Shown here piece by piece: positions 52,043-62,273 of a DNA stretch of 64,000 bases (position 1 is its first letter; every line of letters begins with the position of its first letter). This DNA is from a virus (Duplodnaviria; Heunggongvirae; Uroviricota; Caudoviricetes). The notes under the pieces were generated by a model. The model saw only the letters and a list, made by a program, of their open reading frames with translations, did no database searches and had not been told where the DNA came from. The position numbers and the translations under genes were made by a program. The stretch lies in the IMG/VR virus record IMGVR_UViG_2910596823_000004; one strand, given 5' to 3'.

Positions 52043-52243
52043 TTACTTCTCCTTAGTTTTATTGAGTGAGTTGATATACCTGCGGCCAGCTTTTAACAAG
52101 GCAACCGGGAAGACTACAGCGATGGCAAGTCCGATAAATAAGGCCAGATCGCTTTTAGCTGATATAAGCGATGGAACCAGTAAACCGTAGATAAAGCAGA
52201 CTGATATCACCGCTGAAACAGCCATGAGATAACCCTTGATCAT
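52043..52243 (-). CDS. Small two-TM membrane protein (66 aa), partner of the SPFH protein
   Basis: Hydrophobic ORF 3 nt upstream of the SPFH gene. Confidence 0.4.
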   Translation of the reverse strand: MIKGYLMAVSAVISVCFIYGLLVPSLISAKSDLALFIGLAIAVVFPVALLKAGRRYINSLNKTKEK

Positions 52244-52304
52244 GTGTTTCCTTTTGTCGTTTTGGTGTAGAAATGATAAGTAAGTACTTATATATTTTCA
52301 AGTA

Positions 52305-52329
52305 TAAAAAAGGCGTCCAATGGACGCCT
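52305..52329 (-). terminator. Rho-independent terminator (minus strand)
   Basis: Minus-sense aggcgtccattggacgcct followed by TTTTTT. Confidence 0.55.
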
Positions 52330-52334
52330 TGTGA

Positions 52335-53411
52335 TTACGCTTCTTCTGTCTCTGCTGGGGACGACTCTTTCGCTCGCCGTTCGTCTATCGCCTGGAGTGC
52401 TGCGATGATTTCCGGGAGTGGCTTCTCGCGGTACATCTCGACGATCTGCGATTTGGTGTATTTCTTATCGCCAATTTCCACACGCCCGCTGGCGTTCTTG
52501 GGCAGGTATCCTTCCTCCAGCATGTACTCAACCAGAGATTCGATGACGTCCAGCCCGCGAGTCGGGTCGAAGTAGAATTTCCATGAGCATTTGCCAAACG
52601 GAGGTGCGACTTTGTTTTTAATGCACTCGGCGCCAACGTCCTGTCCGATCTTCTCTTTACCATCCTTCATGACGGATGCACCCAGACGGATGCGCACCGA
52701 CGCGTAGAACTTCGGAGAGTCGCCACCCGGAGACGTAGTCGGATCGCCAAACATCACGCCAATTTTGGTACGCACCTGGTTCAAGAAGATGATGCACGCG
52801 TTGTACTTACGCGCCCAAAGCGCCAGAGTAGGGAAGTTCGCACTCGTCGCGCGAGCCAGCGCCGTGTTGTCGTTCATGTTCAGCTGATCTTTGTCCTTCG
52901 CAGTGCCTTCTGCCATCTTGTCGAACTTCTCAGCCTTCGAGTTCGGAACCATCGACGCCAGAGAGTCGGCAACGATGCAGATAGGGGCTGTTTCCGGGAT
53001 AAGCTCTTCGTCGCGAACCAGCTTGAGGATTGTGCCGATCAGCTCAACGGAGTCTTCGAAGGTATCCGGCTGTTTGTAGACCCACTGACCATCGTCTTCG
53101 TCGGCGTTCAGACCGTTCGCCACCGCAAGACCAACGTCGAAGCTGTTTTCGTGGTCGAGGAACACGGCCAGACCATCCTGCTTTTGTGCTGACACCATCG
53201 CAGCCGTTGCCAAAAAGGTTTTACCGGCGCTTGGCGGCCCGAAGACTTCAACGATACGCCCACACGGAAAACCACCGTCGTAACGTCCGGAAATGGCTTT
53301 GTTCAGTGGAGGGAAACCGGAGTCAATCCAGTGGGAGACCTTCTGGATCTCGTCATTGCTGCCGATTTTCTTTTTCAGCGCCAGTGCCAGTGCGGATTTG
53401 CCTTTTGCCAT
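52335..53411 (-). CDS. RecA/UvsX-like recombinase
   Basis: Walker A GPPSAGKT in a RecA-like context (GRIVEVFGPPSAGKTFLA) and Walker B-like CIVADSLASM. 358 aa. Confidence 0.65.
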   Translation of the reverse strand: MAKGKSALALALKKKIGSNDEIQKVSHWIDSGFPPLNKAISGRYDGGFPCGRIVEVFGPPSAGKTFLATAAMVSAQKQDGLAVFLDHENSFDVGLAVANGLNADEDDGQWVYKQPDTFEDSVELIGTILKLVRDEELIPETAPICIVADSLASMVPNSKAEKFDKMAEGTAKDKDQLNMNDNTALARATSANFPTLALWARKYNACIIFLNQVRTKIGVMFGDPTTSPGGDSPKFYASVRIRLGASVMKDGKEKIGQDVGAECIKNKVAPPFGKCSWKFYFDPTRGLDVIESLVEYMLEEGYLPKNASGRVEIGDKKYTKSQIVEMYREKPLPEIIAALQAIDERRAKESSPAETEEA

Positions 53412-53413
53412 GA

Positions 53414-53680
53414 TTAGGCTCCTTTTGATTCGTTGATTCGCTTCGAAGCAGCGGCTTCGTCAAACTTGATTGCGTCGTGGTTCAGGTGTTTGGCGACGCG
53501 AGCGATGATCTTCACGACCTGCTCGCTGACCAGCGCGAACTCACGCTCAGTAGCAGAAATGCCAGCAGCGCCCAGAATGTTCGGCAGCGCCACCACAGCG
53601 TGCTCGCCGTGGCAGAAGACAATCTCTTTAGCCAGCATGGTTGGCGTAGTTGCCCCGCCATTAATGATGGATTTCAGCAT
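53414..53680 (-). CDS. Hypothetical protein (88 aa)
   Basis: ORF coupled between the recombinase and the FEN. Confidence 0.4.
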   Translation of the reverse strand: MLKSIINGGATTPTMLAKEIVFCHGEHAVVALPNILGAAGISATEREFALVSEQVVKIIARVAKHLNHDAIKFDEAAASKRINESKGA

Positions 53681-54624
53681 CAGCAGTACCTCTCAAACGG
53701 CAGAACAAACACTTCCAGATCTTCCAGAAACGACCGGAAGTTCAGCTCGTAACACATCTGTTCGAAGGCATTCATGTCGCGTGCGCCTTTAATCGACTCG
53801 ATTTCGCTGGGTGGGAATTTTGTGTCGATAAGGTTCATCAGCATCATGTTGCGCTTAAAGGCTTCGAGCATCCGGCAGCCCGTCTTCTCGTTGAAGGCGT
53901 TCTTTGCCAGCTTGTTGAATGCCGTCTTATAGCGACCTTTGTTGATGACAATGGAGCCGTCGTTAATGCCGCGTACCATTGCGGCCACGCTTCCCCATTC
54001 ATGAAGTAACTCTTTCGCGCCACCGTCACCAATGCCACCGACGCCTTTGATGTTGTCCGAGTTATCGCCCTGCAACGCTTTCGCTTCCAGAAACGCGCGT
54101 GGCGTTGGCAGACCGGTCAGCTCTGCGAACTGTTCGAAGTTCACCTGCTTGTGCTTGGCATCTTCACGCAGGCTTACCCAGCTCACATTCTCGCGAACCA
54201 GCTGGAGCCAGTCGCCATCGCCAGTCAGCAGGTAGATGTGATCGACGGTCGGCTGCGGAGCCAGGCGAGAGACCAGCATTCCAGCCAGGTCGTCCGCTTC
54301 TGCGTCCTTTGCAATGAGTTGGTTAACGCCCAGCGCGGTCATCATTTTCAAGATGTACGGCTTCTGGATGGCAAAGCCTTCTTTCATCTTCTTCATATCC
54401 GGGTCGTCATCGCGATTCGCTTTGTACTCCGGGTAGAAGTCGCGACGTTTGTCGCTGAATCCATCCCACAAGATCATTGGGCGGGCATGGAGAATTGAGG
54501 CGTAACGACGAACGTTCTTCACGAAGCCAAAAGCCGCCTGAACTTCCATCTCGCCGTTGTGTAATTTGTCGGATTGCTGGTGGTAATAGCCAAGGCTGTT
54601 ACCGTCCACAAAGAGATAATTCAC
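53680..54624 (-). CDS. 5'-3' exonuclease / flap endonuclease (T4 RNase H / T5 D15-like)
   Basis: FEN acidic clusters (EADD, TGDGD) and helix-hairpin-helix GDNSDNIKGVGGIG. GTG start after GGAAGGAG. Confidence 0.7.
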   Translation of the reverse strand: MNYLFVDGNSLGYYHQQSDKLHNGEMEVQAAFGFVKNVRRYASILHARPMILWDGFSDKRRDFYPEYKANRDDDPDMKKMKEGFAIQKPYILKMMTALGVNQLIAKDAEADDLAGMLVSRLAPQPTVDHIYLLTGDGDWLQLVRENVSWVSLREDAKHKQVNFEQFAELTGLPTPRAFLEAKALQGDNSDNIKGVGGIGDGGAKELLHEWGSVAAMVRGINDGSIVINKGRYKTAFNKLAKNAFNEKTGCRMLEAFKRNMMLMNLIDTKFPPSEIESIKGARDMNAFEQMCYELNFRSFLEDLEVFVLPFERYC

Positions 54625-54639
54625 CGGTACACTCCTTCC

Positions 54640-54669
54640 AAAAAAGTAAGGCGTCCGTAGACGCCTTAC
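54640..54669 (-). terminator. Rho-independent terminator (minus strand)
   Basis: Minus-sense gtaaggcgtctacggacgccttac followed by TTTTTT. Confidence 0.55.
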
Positions 54670-54685
54670 TGGTCACGTTATGGGA

Positions 54686-55714
54686 TTACAGAGCGTCCAG
54701 TTCAGCCAGCAGGTCGTCGAGACCTTCGTCAGCTGGTGCAGATGCAGTGGCAGCAGATGCTGAAGCACTTGCAGCTGCGGCGGCTTCCGGAGCTTTAACT
54801 TCTTCCGGTTTAGTTTCCGGCTTGAACTCAGCTTCAGCGGCACGCAGGATCTCTTCATCAACCAGGCTGGTGGACTCTGGAGCCGGAGTGTGTGCTGTAG
54901 CGACAGCAGCTGCACCTTCCGTATGACCAGTGATAGAGCCAAAGCCTGGCAGTTCAGCAGCAGCTGATTTTGCAGCGGAAGAAATGGCCGGAGAGGACAT
55001 TGTTGCTGCCGGAGCCGCGATACCAATCAGACGACCCATAGTGCGAGCCGTAGACAGCAGACGGGTTTCGTCAGCCTGGTTCGCGTATGCGATCAGATCG
55101 TGTTGGGTAGTCCAGAGCTTCTCAGGAATGTCGCCTTTGTAGACTTTACGTTTCGGGGATACGTCGTACTTGGTGTCACGACCGGAACCGGTACGCTTAA
55201 TCAGGAACGCATAGCCTTCTTCTTTGCTCAGTGGGTTGCCGATATCATCCGCAATATCTTCGGACATCACTTTGCAGATATCGTCGAAGACCGTAGACGG
55301 CAGCTCAATCAGCTGGCATTTCTCTGCGTCCGCAAAGTCTTCACGCGCAGACAGAACACCGTTGACCAGATAACGAGGTGTAGCACGCATACTGTTAATG
55401 CGCTCTTCCATCGCTTTGTTGCCCTTAAAGCGAGCACGACCTTCCATAACCATCTCACACAGCTGGCAAGCGTGGCCGTGGGTGTGTTGTTCGCAGATGT
55501 AGGCGGTGGTTACATCTTTGCCTTCCTCATTCTGATGCTTAACGTAGTGCATACCGAAAGTCTGGAAGAACACGCCATTCGGGTCGTCCTTGTTCGGAAA
55601 AATGCGCAGATAGTTATTGCCGTCTTTCAGACGGGTCAAATCAACGTTATTGCCACGTTTAGAAGCAATATCGCCACGGGTCTTGTTAAGCAGATCAAGT
55701 AATGACTTAGACAT
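54686..55714 (-). CDS. gp32-like single-stranded DNA-binding protein
   Basis: Zn-ligand cluster CEQHTHGHACQLC and an acidic C-terminal tail (ADEGLDDLLAELDAL). Confidence 0.5.
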   Translation of the reverse strand: MSKSLLDLLNKTRGDIASKRGNNVDLTRLKDGNNYLRIFPNKDDPNGVFFQTFGMHYVKHQNEEGKDVTTAYICEQHTHGHACQLCEMVMEGRARFKGNKAMEERINSMRATPRYLVNGVLSAREDFADAEKCQLIELPSTVFDDICKVMSEDIADDIGNPLSKEEGYAFLIKRTGSGRDTKYDVSPKRKVYKGDIPEKLWTTQHDLIAYANQADETRLLSTARTMGRLIGIAAPAATMSSPAISSAAKSAAAELPGFGSITGHTEGAAAVATAHTPAPESTSLVDEEILRAAEAEFKPETKPEEVKAPEAAAAASASASAATASAPADEGLDDLLAELDAL

Positions 55715-55833
55715 GTATTTCTCCTTGTTGTGATTGTGGCCATTGGCGCTATGCGCGTTGGGCGTTCGTTTATTCGTGGCTCTTTCGAGCGAGAAGGATG
55801 ATAGATCAGTGCTTACTTATGATCTAGCATAAA

Positions 55834-56265
55834 TTAACGGGGAGAGTGGAAACGTTCGGCGCCCAAACGTTCAATCTCCACGATAGCCATTTTGGACGCC
55901 TGGACAATCATGTCGCGGCGGTGGGAGAAGGCGGCTACAGCGTGCTTGTACAGATCTGCAATGTGCCGGGCATCGTCGAGTTTCTGGCGCTTTGCGAGGT
56001 ATTGCGGGTTGGTTCTTACCTTCGCCTCCAGTACGGATTCATTGAACTTAATACCGTTCATACTCAGGTTCTTACGCTCATTGTCGTAGATTTTCGCCTC
56101 AATCGCATCGAGGGAGAGTTTTGCATCTGCGACTTCGCGTTCTGCCCGCGCCAGCTTAGAGCCGTACTCCATCAACAGGCGCGGTTGCTGACGCCAGACT
56201 TCCTCCAGATTGTCGCGGTCGAACTCCAGATCGGACATGATTTTTTCGTAGATATCGGTGCTCAT
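55834..56265 (-). CDS. Hypothetical protein (~144 aa; possible recombination-mediator role by position)
   Basis: ORF. Start chosen at MSTDIYEK. Confidence 0.35.
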   Translation of the reverse strand: MSTDIYEKIMSDLEFDRDNLEEVWRQQPRLLMEYGSKLARAEREVADAKLSLDAIEAKIYDNERKNLSMNGIKFNESVLEAKVRTNPQYLAKRQKLDDARHIADLYKHAVAAFSHRRDMIVQASKMAIVEIERLGAERFHSPR

Positions 56266-56473
56266 GGTGTTAATTACCTGCTTATTTATGTATATCAATT
56301 TTATCATGGAGGAATCAGGCGGAGGAGATTATGACATGATGAAATGGAGGTTATGAGATAGGTAAGCCAGTGAAAAATCAGGTGGTTCTGGTACTCTATG
56401 CCCCGTTAAAAGCTGGCCGTAGACAGCGTACGACAATGTGGTGGAGACACGGACGGATGGAATTCACTCGCCG

Positions 56474-56502
56474 TTGACAGTTGTCAACATCGAACATATA
56501 AT
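56474..56502 (+). promoter_or_regulatory. Near-consensus sigma70 promoter with a palindrome across the -35
   Basis: TTGACA (56474-56479), a 17-nt spacer, TATAAT (56497-56502). The palindrome GTTGACAGTTGTCAAC spans the -35. Confidence 0.55.
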
Positions 56503-56516
56503 ATGCCGGAGATAAA

Positions 56517-56747
56517 TTGTATCTGAAGAAACATACTAATAAGCACATTCAAGCGGCCATTGAATATGCTGTAACTCAAGGCTGGGTTTGGGTTCCACCA
56601 GGCGATTCTGCACACTGTTTTTGCAAATTGCGCTGCGGCAGTCCAGAAGGTGAACACCGAGATCACCAGATGAGCGTATGGTCGACACCGAGAAGTGCTG
56701 AAAACCATGCCAAGCAAATCATTCGTATGGTTGATCGCTGCGATTGA
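56517..56747 (+). CDS. Small protein (76 aa), possibly HicA-like toxin. Weak call.
   Basis: TTG start ~15 nt after the -10. Only loose GW...GS.H pattern similarity. Confidence 0.3.
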   Translation: MYLKKHTNKHIQAAIEYAVTQGWVWVPPGDSAHCFCKLRCGSPEGEHRDHQMSVWSTPRSAENHAKQIIRMVDRCD

Positions 56748-56828
56748 TTTTGCCCGGTAAGGAGTTGCTACAACAACTCCTTACCGAATCAACAAGAGAA
56801 TACTCTGAATACTAAACGAAGAGGTACT

Positions 56829-57386
56829 ATGGCGCTTTATAACTTCACTCTGACACTCTCAGGCGTAACGTATGAGACCGAAGGACTGGAAGACGCGCTG
56901 TACGGAAGCGGCTGTGACGATGCGCTGATTTGCGCATATGGAAACTCCGTATATGTTGAGTTCGACCGCGAAGCTGAATCGCTCGATGCAGCAATTGAAT
57001 CAGCGGTCGACAATATCGAATCAGCCGGAATCGGCGCTATTGTTGAATCTGTCGACTCTGCTCTTGTAGGCTTGAGCGACATTGCGGAAATTACTGAAAT
57101 GTCCCGACAGGCGATTGCAATGCTGAAAGATGGCACTCGCGGTAGCGGTGACTTCCCTTGCCCTGTCCAACGCATTAAAGGTCAGTCTCCACTCTGGGAT
57201 TGGGCTGATGTGGCCGAATGGTTACTAAAGAACGGTAGATTGAAAGATAATAGCGACCTGGTAATTAACGCTCGTGTGCTGAGTAAATGGAACCTTGCCT
57301 TACGTGCGAGCGCTTCAAAAGATTTTCAAGAAGTTGAGTCAATAGCGGCAGCACTAATCGAACGTCGACGTAAAACTATTTCATAG
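56829..57386 (+). CDS. Hypothetical protein with an HTH (EITEMSRQAIAML), possibly HicB-like antitoxin. Weak call.
   Basis: ORF downstream of the small protein. Confidence 0.4.
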   Translation: MALYNFTLTLSGVTYETEGLEDALYGSGCDDALICAYGNSVYVEFDREAESLDAAIESAVDNIESAGIGAIVESVDSALVGLSDIAEITEMSRQAIAMLKDGTRGSGDFPCPVQRIKGQSPLWDWADVAEWLLKNGRLKDNSDLVINARVLSKWNLALRASASKDFQEVESIAAALIERRRKTIS

Positions 57387-57451
57387 TCCTTACGCGTTTG
57401 GTCTTACTGCCCCTCCATTTAATATTAATAACGATGTGCAATTGAGGAATT

Positions 57452-58096
57452 ATGGCCCAAGACTCCAAACGTGGTAGTGCATTGGTTGAGGTTATAAAAT
57501 CTGATGATGTAACCGATCTGTTCAAGGATTACGGTGAGCTAGTTATTGACTCTGCCCTTGAATCGGGAACGCTTGAGTCGATTCCTTTACTCAATACTCT
57601 CGTAGGAATTTTCAAGACAGCCAGCTCAGTGCATGATCGTCGGTTCACGGAAAAGTTAATTCGTTTCATCTCTGGCTTCGCCGATCTAGACGATGCTACA
57701 CGAATAAATATGGCCAATCGGTTGAACGAAAATGACAAATTTGCGGGTAAGGCTGGCGACAGACTGATTGAAATCATTGACCGCATGGAGAGTGAAAATA
57801 AGCCAGAAATTGCAGCAGCATTCTTGAAAGCGTTTGCGTTTGAATACATTGATTTTATTACATTACGTCGCTTAATGGTTGCGCTTGAGCGTATCCCTTC
57901 CTTTGAGATTGATGAGTTAGATACTTTTTCCAAATACGATGAAAACAACCATCATCAAATATCAGATGAAGCGCTTTTACTCTCATTTGTTAATGCTGGG
58001 TTGGGGAAAAACAATGGCGGGTTTGACGGCGGTATTATTTTGCCGACAGATTTGTGCACAGCATTCGTTCGGTTCAAAGGCTTCAAACCGGAATAA
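57452..58096 (+). CDS. Hypothetical protein (214 aa)
   Basis: ATG after a GAGG RBS. Confidence 0.45.
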   Translation: MAQDSKRGSALVEVIKSDDVTDLFKDYGELVIDSALESGTLESIPLLNTLVGIFKTASSVHDRRFTEKLIRFISGFADLDDATRINMANRLNENDKFAGKAGDRLIEIIDRMESENKPEIAAAFLKAFAFEYIDFITLRRLMVALERIPSFEIDELDTFSKYDENNHHQISDEALLLSFVNAGLGKNNGGFDGGIILPTDLCTAFVRFKGFKPE

Positions 58097-58134
58097 TTTA
58101 GATCATATAACCCGCCGTTCGGCGGGCTTCTCTA

Positions 58135-58560
58135 TTATGCGACTTTCTTACCAAAAATTCTCGATAGCGTGACTCTGGTCTGGCGCTTCAGTCTGTACTG
58201 TCTCACATCGCCAATCTTGTTCACTTCCATAAACTCTTTGGCCACCTTCAGTACCAACCGATTGCGGAACAATTTGAACGCCTCCAGATGTTCCTCTGGG
58301 TTATCCGATTCGTAGATCTCCAGCAGATACTGGCACGCCTTCGGATCTTGCGTTTTGAGCGCCAGCGCTCTGGCACATTTACGCAAACGACTGACTTTAT
58401 CGGCACCATCCAGCCCGGCGAACGCCAGCGCCAGATCTAACGTGACCGGGCAGTCGATGATTTCCCAGAACTGCGACCGCATGGTGGCCGCAACTGCTTT
58501 ATCCTGAAAATCCGCTGGGATAGCCGCCAGCGCTTGTGCAATCTTCTGTGCCTCGTTCAT
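58135..58560 (-). CDS. Hypothetical protein (~141 aa)
   Basis: ORF just upstream of dnaE. Confidence 0.4.
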   Translation of the reverse strand: MNEAQKIAQALAAIPADFQDKAVAATMRSQFWEIIDCPVTLDLALAFAGLDGADKVSRLRKCARALALKTQDPKACQYLLEIYESDNPEEHLEAFKLFRNRLVLKVAKEFMEVNKIGDVRQYRLKRQTRVTLSRIFGKKVA

Positions 58561-58574
58561 GGTGTTCTCTTTAT

Positions 58575-61500
58575 TCATTTGCTAATAGTCTCCGCTACCT
58601 CTGCCAGAATTGCTTCCAGCTTTTCGCCTTCCTCTGGGCGAAAGTACAAAATGTTCGGGTTAAATCCGTAGAAAACGGTCACATCCAGCTCTGGCAGATA
58701 CTCTTTGCGTCCAACCAGGTCGGATGGTTTGCTCTTGTTGTTGAAGAGTGACGTCGCCCGGCTGCCACACGTCAGCACATAGGTCGGACGCACCAGATTG
58801 ATCTCTTCACGCATAAAGTCGGTGAACTGGCCGATCTCGTCTTTGGTGTAGTCCTTCTCTTTGTCCTTCACCTTTTTGCACACGCCTGTGACGTAGAGAT
58901 CGCCCATGCGCAGATCGCCTGCAGTAAGCAACTTCGCCTTAAAGTCGTCGTAGCCGTTCTCCATGAAGTAGCCGGTACGCCCATCATTGCCGTTCGCGTT
59001 GTCCAGAATGACCATGATTTTCGGCTTAATGCCAATGCTTGGGCGGATCAGGTCGTCTCCCAGACCCATTTCGGCCGCCATGCGAGTCATCAGTACATTC
59101 ACCTCGGCAGAGCGCTTAGGGTTCATCTCGAACGGTCGAGAGGCTTTTACAGCGTCGATCACCAGATTGCCCATCAACTCTGCCTGGTCGCGCAGTCGTT
59201 CCGGATCTGTCGCTGGCAGACTGCCAGGCTCAATCGATGCGAACGCACCTACTTTTTGCAGTGATTCGCGTACCCGGCTGTTACATGCACGCTTCTCGAC
59301 CGCTTCCTCAAATTGCTCAAGTGACTCGAATTTGCCGCCAACTTTCTCTCGCGCTCTCATGATGGCCTGGCAACCATTCTCAGAGCAGCCTTTCACAGCA
59401 GAGAATGGCGCATACAGAACCTGGCTGCCGTCTTCCAGCGTGCGGATCTCAATTCGGTTAGATGACACGTTAACGTCTGGTGGCAATACGCGAATGCCAT
59501 AGGTCAGCGCATCCTTAACCAGCCCCTGGTGCTTATCCTCGCCCAGAATGGTGAGCGCAGCAGCGAAGAACTCAGCAGGGTAATGTGTCTTTAACCACAT
59601 AGACTGATAGCTGATTAAAGAATAAGCAACACTGTGTGATTTGTTGAATTGGTACGCACCGTTCTTCTCGAAGGCATCCCAGATCTCCTTCGCTTTCGTC
59701 TCAGACAATCCCGGTTGTGACCCTGTAACGCGTACAGCAGCCATAGGTAATTTCACACCAGCCTCCAGCGCTTCTTCAACCGTCCGCAGTGCGCCGTCCT
59801 CACATTTGAAGTGTTCCGCGCGGTGAATACGCTGCGTGGTGCCGTCTTCCATCTCAACGTCGATCCAACCAGCTTGAGCCTGAACGACGAACTTTTCGCC
59901 CATGCTCTTCATCTTTTCCATATCCTTTTTACCGATCGCTTTACGCACACCATCAGCTTCGGCCATCGTGAAGCCAGCCAGCAATCGTGTCGCGTTCATC
60001 GTCTGTTCCTGATACAGAATCACGCCGTTGGTTTCCGCGGTAAGTTCGTCCAGTACCGGGTGCAGCGACTGTGGGGCCATGAAGCCTTTGGCCACGGAGA
60101 CATAGTCGTCCAACATGCCGGATTGGATCGGGCCAGGTCGGAAGAGCGCGGTCGTGGCGACAACGGTTTTGAAGCTCATTGGCTCAATGCCACCGCCCAG
60201 ATCTTTAAGCAGCTTGCGCATGGGGCCGGACTCCAGCTGGAATACGCCCTGCGTGTACCCTGCAGCGAACCCATCCAGAACCTTGCGATCGTCCAGTGGG
60301 ATAGCATCGAGATTGATGTCTTCACCGGTGCTCTCTTTGATGTAGCGTTTCGCGCTATCCAGCAGATCGAGCGTTGCCAGACCGAGAACGTCCAGCTTAA
60401 TCAGCCCCATTGCCTCGCAGTAACGTTTATCGAATGCAATACAGCGAGCGTTGCCACGCAGCTCGACGGGCGTGCGCTCTACCAGTGGAACGCCAGCGAC
60501 GATCATCCCCGCTGCATGACGGCCAAAACCACGCATCAGGCTTTGCAGTTTACACGCCGCTTTGAACGCTTCCGGGTTTTTCGTGGCGTATTTGTCCAGG
60601 CTGGCCAGTTGCTCGCGCAGCTCTTCCAGCGACAGGCTATCGTCCTCCAGATTCTTGAACTCTTTGGATACCGCCATATCCGCAGCGTCGACACCGTAAA
60701 TACGCGCAGTGTCACGCAGCGCAGAAGCGGCGCCCAGATAGGTGAAGTTCGGAATACCGGCAACGTAATCTTCGCCATAGCGTTCATTCAGATACTCGAT
60801 CACCTCATGACGACGTGCCTGGCTGAAGTCCAGATCCGCATCCGGTAAGTCGAGACGTTCAGGGTTGATGAAACGCTCAAACAGAAGACCGTGACGGATA
60901 GGATCGACGTTGGTTATGCCTATGCACCACGCCACCAGAGAACCGGCAGAGGAACCACGACCTGGCCCGACAGGAATGCCAGTTTCACGGCTGTGATTCA
61001 TCAGGTCGCGCACCATCAGGAAGTAGCCACAGAAGCCCAGACGGGTCAGCGTGTCCATTTCGTACTTCAGGCGATCAACATACACACGGTGCTCAGAAGC
61101 CGGTGGTGTGTAGCCAAACTCTTTGGTAGTAAGACGCTTGCGCAGCCCCGCGACAGCCAGCTTCATCAGCGTTGCAGGCTCGTCGTCTGCCATCTTGGGC
61201 AGTGCTGGTGGCAATTCATGCCAGCGCCATGTGCAGGCTTCAATAATGGTGTCCTGCGTTGTTGAGGCCATTGCAGCTGTTACCGGCACATCCATTCGAA
61301 CGGAGAAGGCTTTCAGCGCTTCAAGAAGATGGCGGCGACCATTAACGGCGTTATCTCGCTGGTGGGGAATACGCAGACGATGCGGCTGGTCGATTTTGAT
61401 GTTGTTCGTAACCATGTGCGCAATGTCTTTAATGTCAGCGTCGTCGACCGCTTCGTAATAAGCGGGATAGAACGCCACTGGCTCTATTTTCAGTGCGCTC

Positions 61501-62093
61501 GCCACTTTCATCGCCCGGACGTTAATCTGGTCGTAGAATGGGGTAGGGTGCGGATAAACCACGCTGTAGAAGTTATCGCGTCCTCCAGCTGTCACCAGCG
61601 TCCCGATAATCTTTGCGAAGTCCCGGCGCTGGAATACACTGCCAATGTCGGACGTCAGCAGGATGATGTTGCCTTTGGCATATGCGGCCGCCAGCTGGTC
61701 AAGTGCCAGACGCGGGACAAAGTAGAATTGCTCGCGCTTGTTGGCTAAGGTCATCAGTTCGCACACGTCGCGATAACCTTGCTCATTCTTTATCAGTGCC
61801 GTGAAGCAGTAGCTGCGATCACGCACCAATGATTCCATACATCCTCCTGACTCTTTCGCCAGGCGGGCGCGGTGCTCGTATGTCGGATCGTCGACCACAT
61901 TCAGCTTAACACCACAAATAACCGCCATGTCGTCGCCAGCGGCACGCTGCAGGGGGATCACACTGGCAATGTTCATGCTGTCAGCGGAAATGACAGCGGT
62001 GTAGCCAGCGTCTCTCGCGATTTTCACCGCGTTTTCTGCTTTTAGAGCCGACTCTCCCAGGGAGAAGTCAGTTCTGACCATCAGAGCCTTCAT
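58575..62093 (-). CDS. dnaE: DNA polymerase III alpha subunit (DnaE-type, N-terminal PHP domain)
   Basis: 1172 aa. Conserved C-family polymerase segments such as FERFINPERLDLPDADLDF and GxxLYQEQ. Confidence 0.8.
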   Translation of the reverse strand: MKALMVRTDFSLGESALKAENAVKIARDAGYTAVISADSMNIASVIPLQRAAGDDMAVICGVKLNVVDDPTYEHRARLAKESGGCMESLVRDRSYCFTALIKNEQGYRDVCELMTLANKREQFYFVPRLALDQLAAAYAKGNIILLTSDIGSVFQRRDFAKIIGTLVTAGGRDNFYSVVYPHPTPFYDQINVRAMKVASALKIEPVAFYPAYYEAVDDADIKDIAHMVTNNIKIDQPHRLRIPHQRDNAVNGRRHLLEALKAFSVRMDVPVTAAMASTTQDTIIEACTWRWHELPPALPKMADDEPATLMKLAVAGLRKRLTTKEFGYTPPASEHRVYVDRLKYEMDTLTRLGFCGYFLMVRDLMNHSRETGIPVGPGRGSSAGSLVAWCIGITNVDPIRHGLLFERFINPERLDLPDADLDFSQARRHEVIEYLNERYGEDYVAGIPNFTYLGAASALRDTARIYGVDAADMAVSKEFKNLEDDSLSLEELREQLASLDKYATKNPEAFKAACKLQSLMRGFGRHAAGMIVAGVPLVERTPVELRGNARCIAFDKRYCEAMGLIKLDVLGLATLDLLDSAKRYIKESTGEDINLDAIPLDDRKVLDGFAAGYTQGVFQLESGPMRKLLKDLGGGIEPMSFKTVVATTALFRPGPIQSGMLDDYVSVAKGFMAPQSLHPVLDELTAETNGVILYQEQTMNATRLLAGFTMAEADGVRKAIGKKDMEKMKSMGEKFVVQAQAGWIDVEMEDGTTQRIHRAEHFKCEDGALRTVEEALEAGVKLPMAAVRVTGSQPGLSETKAKEIWDAFEKNGAYQFNKSHSVAYSLISYQSMWLKTHYPAEFFAAALTILGEDKHQGLVKDALTYGIRVLPPDVNVSSNRIEIRTLEDGSQVLYAPFSAVKGCSENGCQAIMRAREKVGGKFESLEQFEEAVEKRACNSRVRESLQKVGAFASIEPGSLPATDPERLRDQAELMGNLVIDAVKASRPFEMNPKRSAEVNVLMTRMAAEMGLGDDLIRPSIGIKPKIMVILDNANGNDGRTGYFMENGYDDFKAKLLTAGDLRMGDLYVTGVCKKVKDKEKDYTKDEIGQFTDFMREEINLVRPTYVLTCGSRATSLFNNKSKPSDLVGRKEYLPELDVTVFYGFNPNILYFRPEEGEKLEAILAEVAETISK

Positions 62094-62273
62094 GTGTTTT
62101 TACCTTTCTGGTTTTCTTGATTTTGTCATTGGGGAAGCCAACGAACTTCCCATACATCGAAATCGCAACCTCTTTGGCTGACTGGTGGCACTCGGACCTA
62201 TCCGGACACGCCAGACAAGCCCGGCCAGTTTCAGACGCTGCGATAAGAGAGCCGAAACATCCTTTACGCACGA

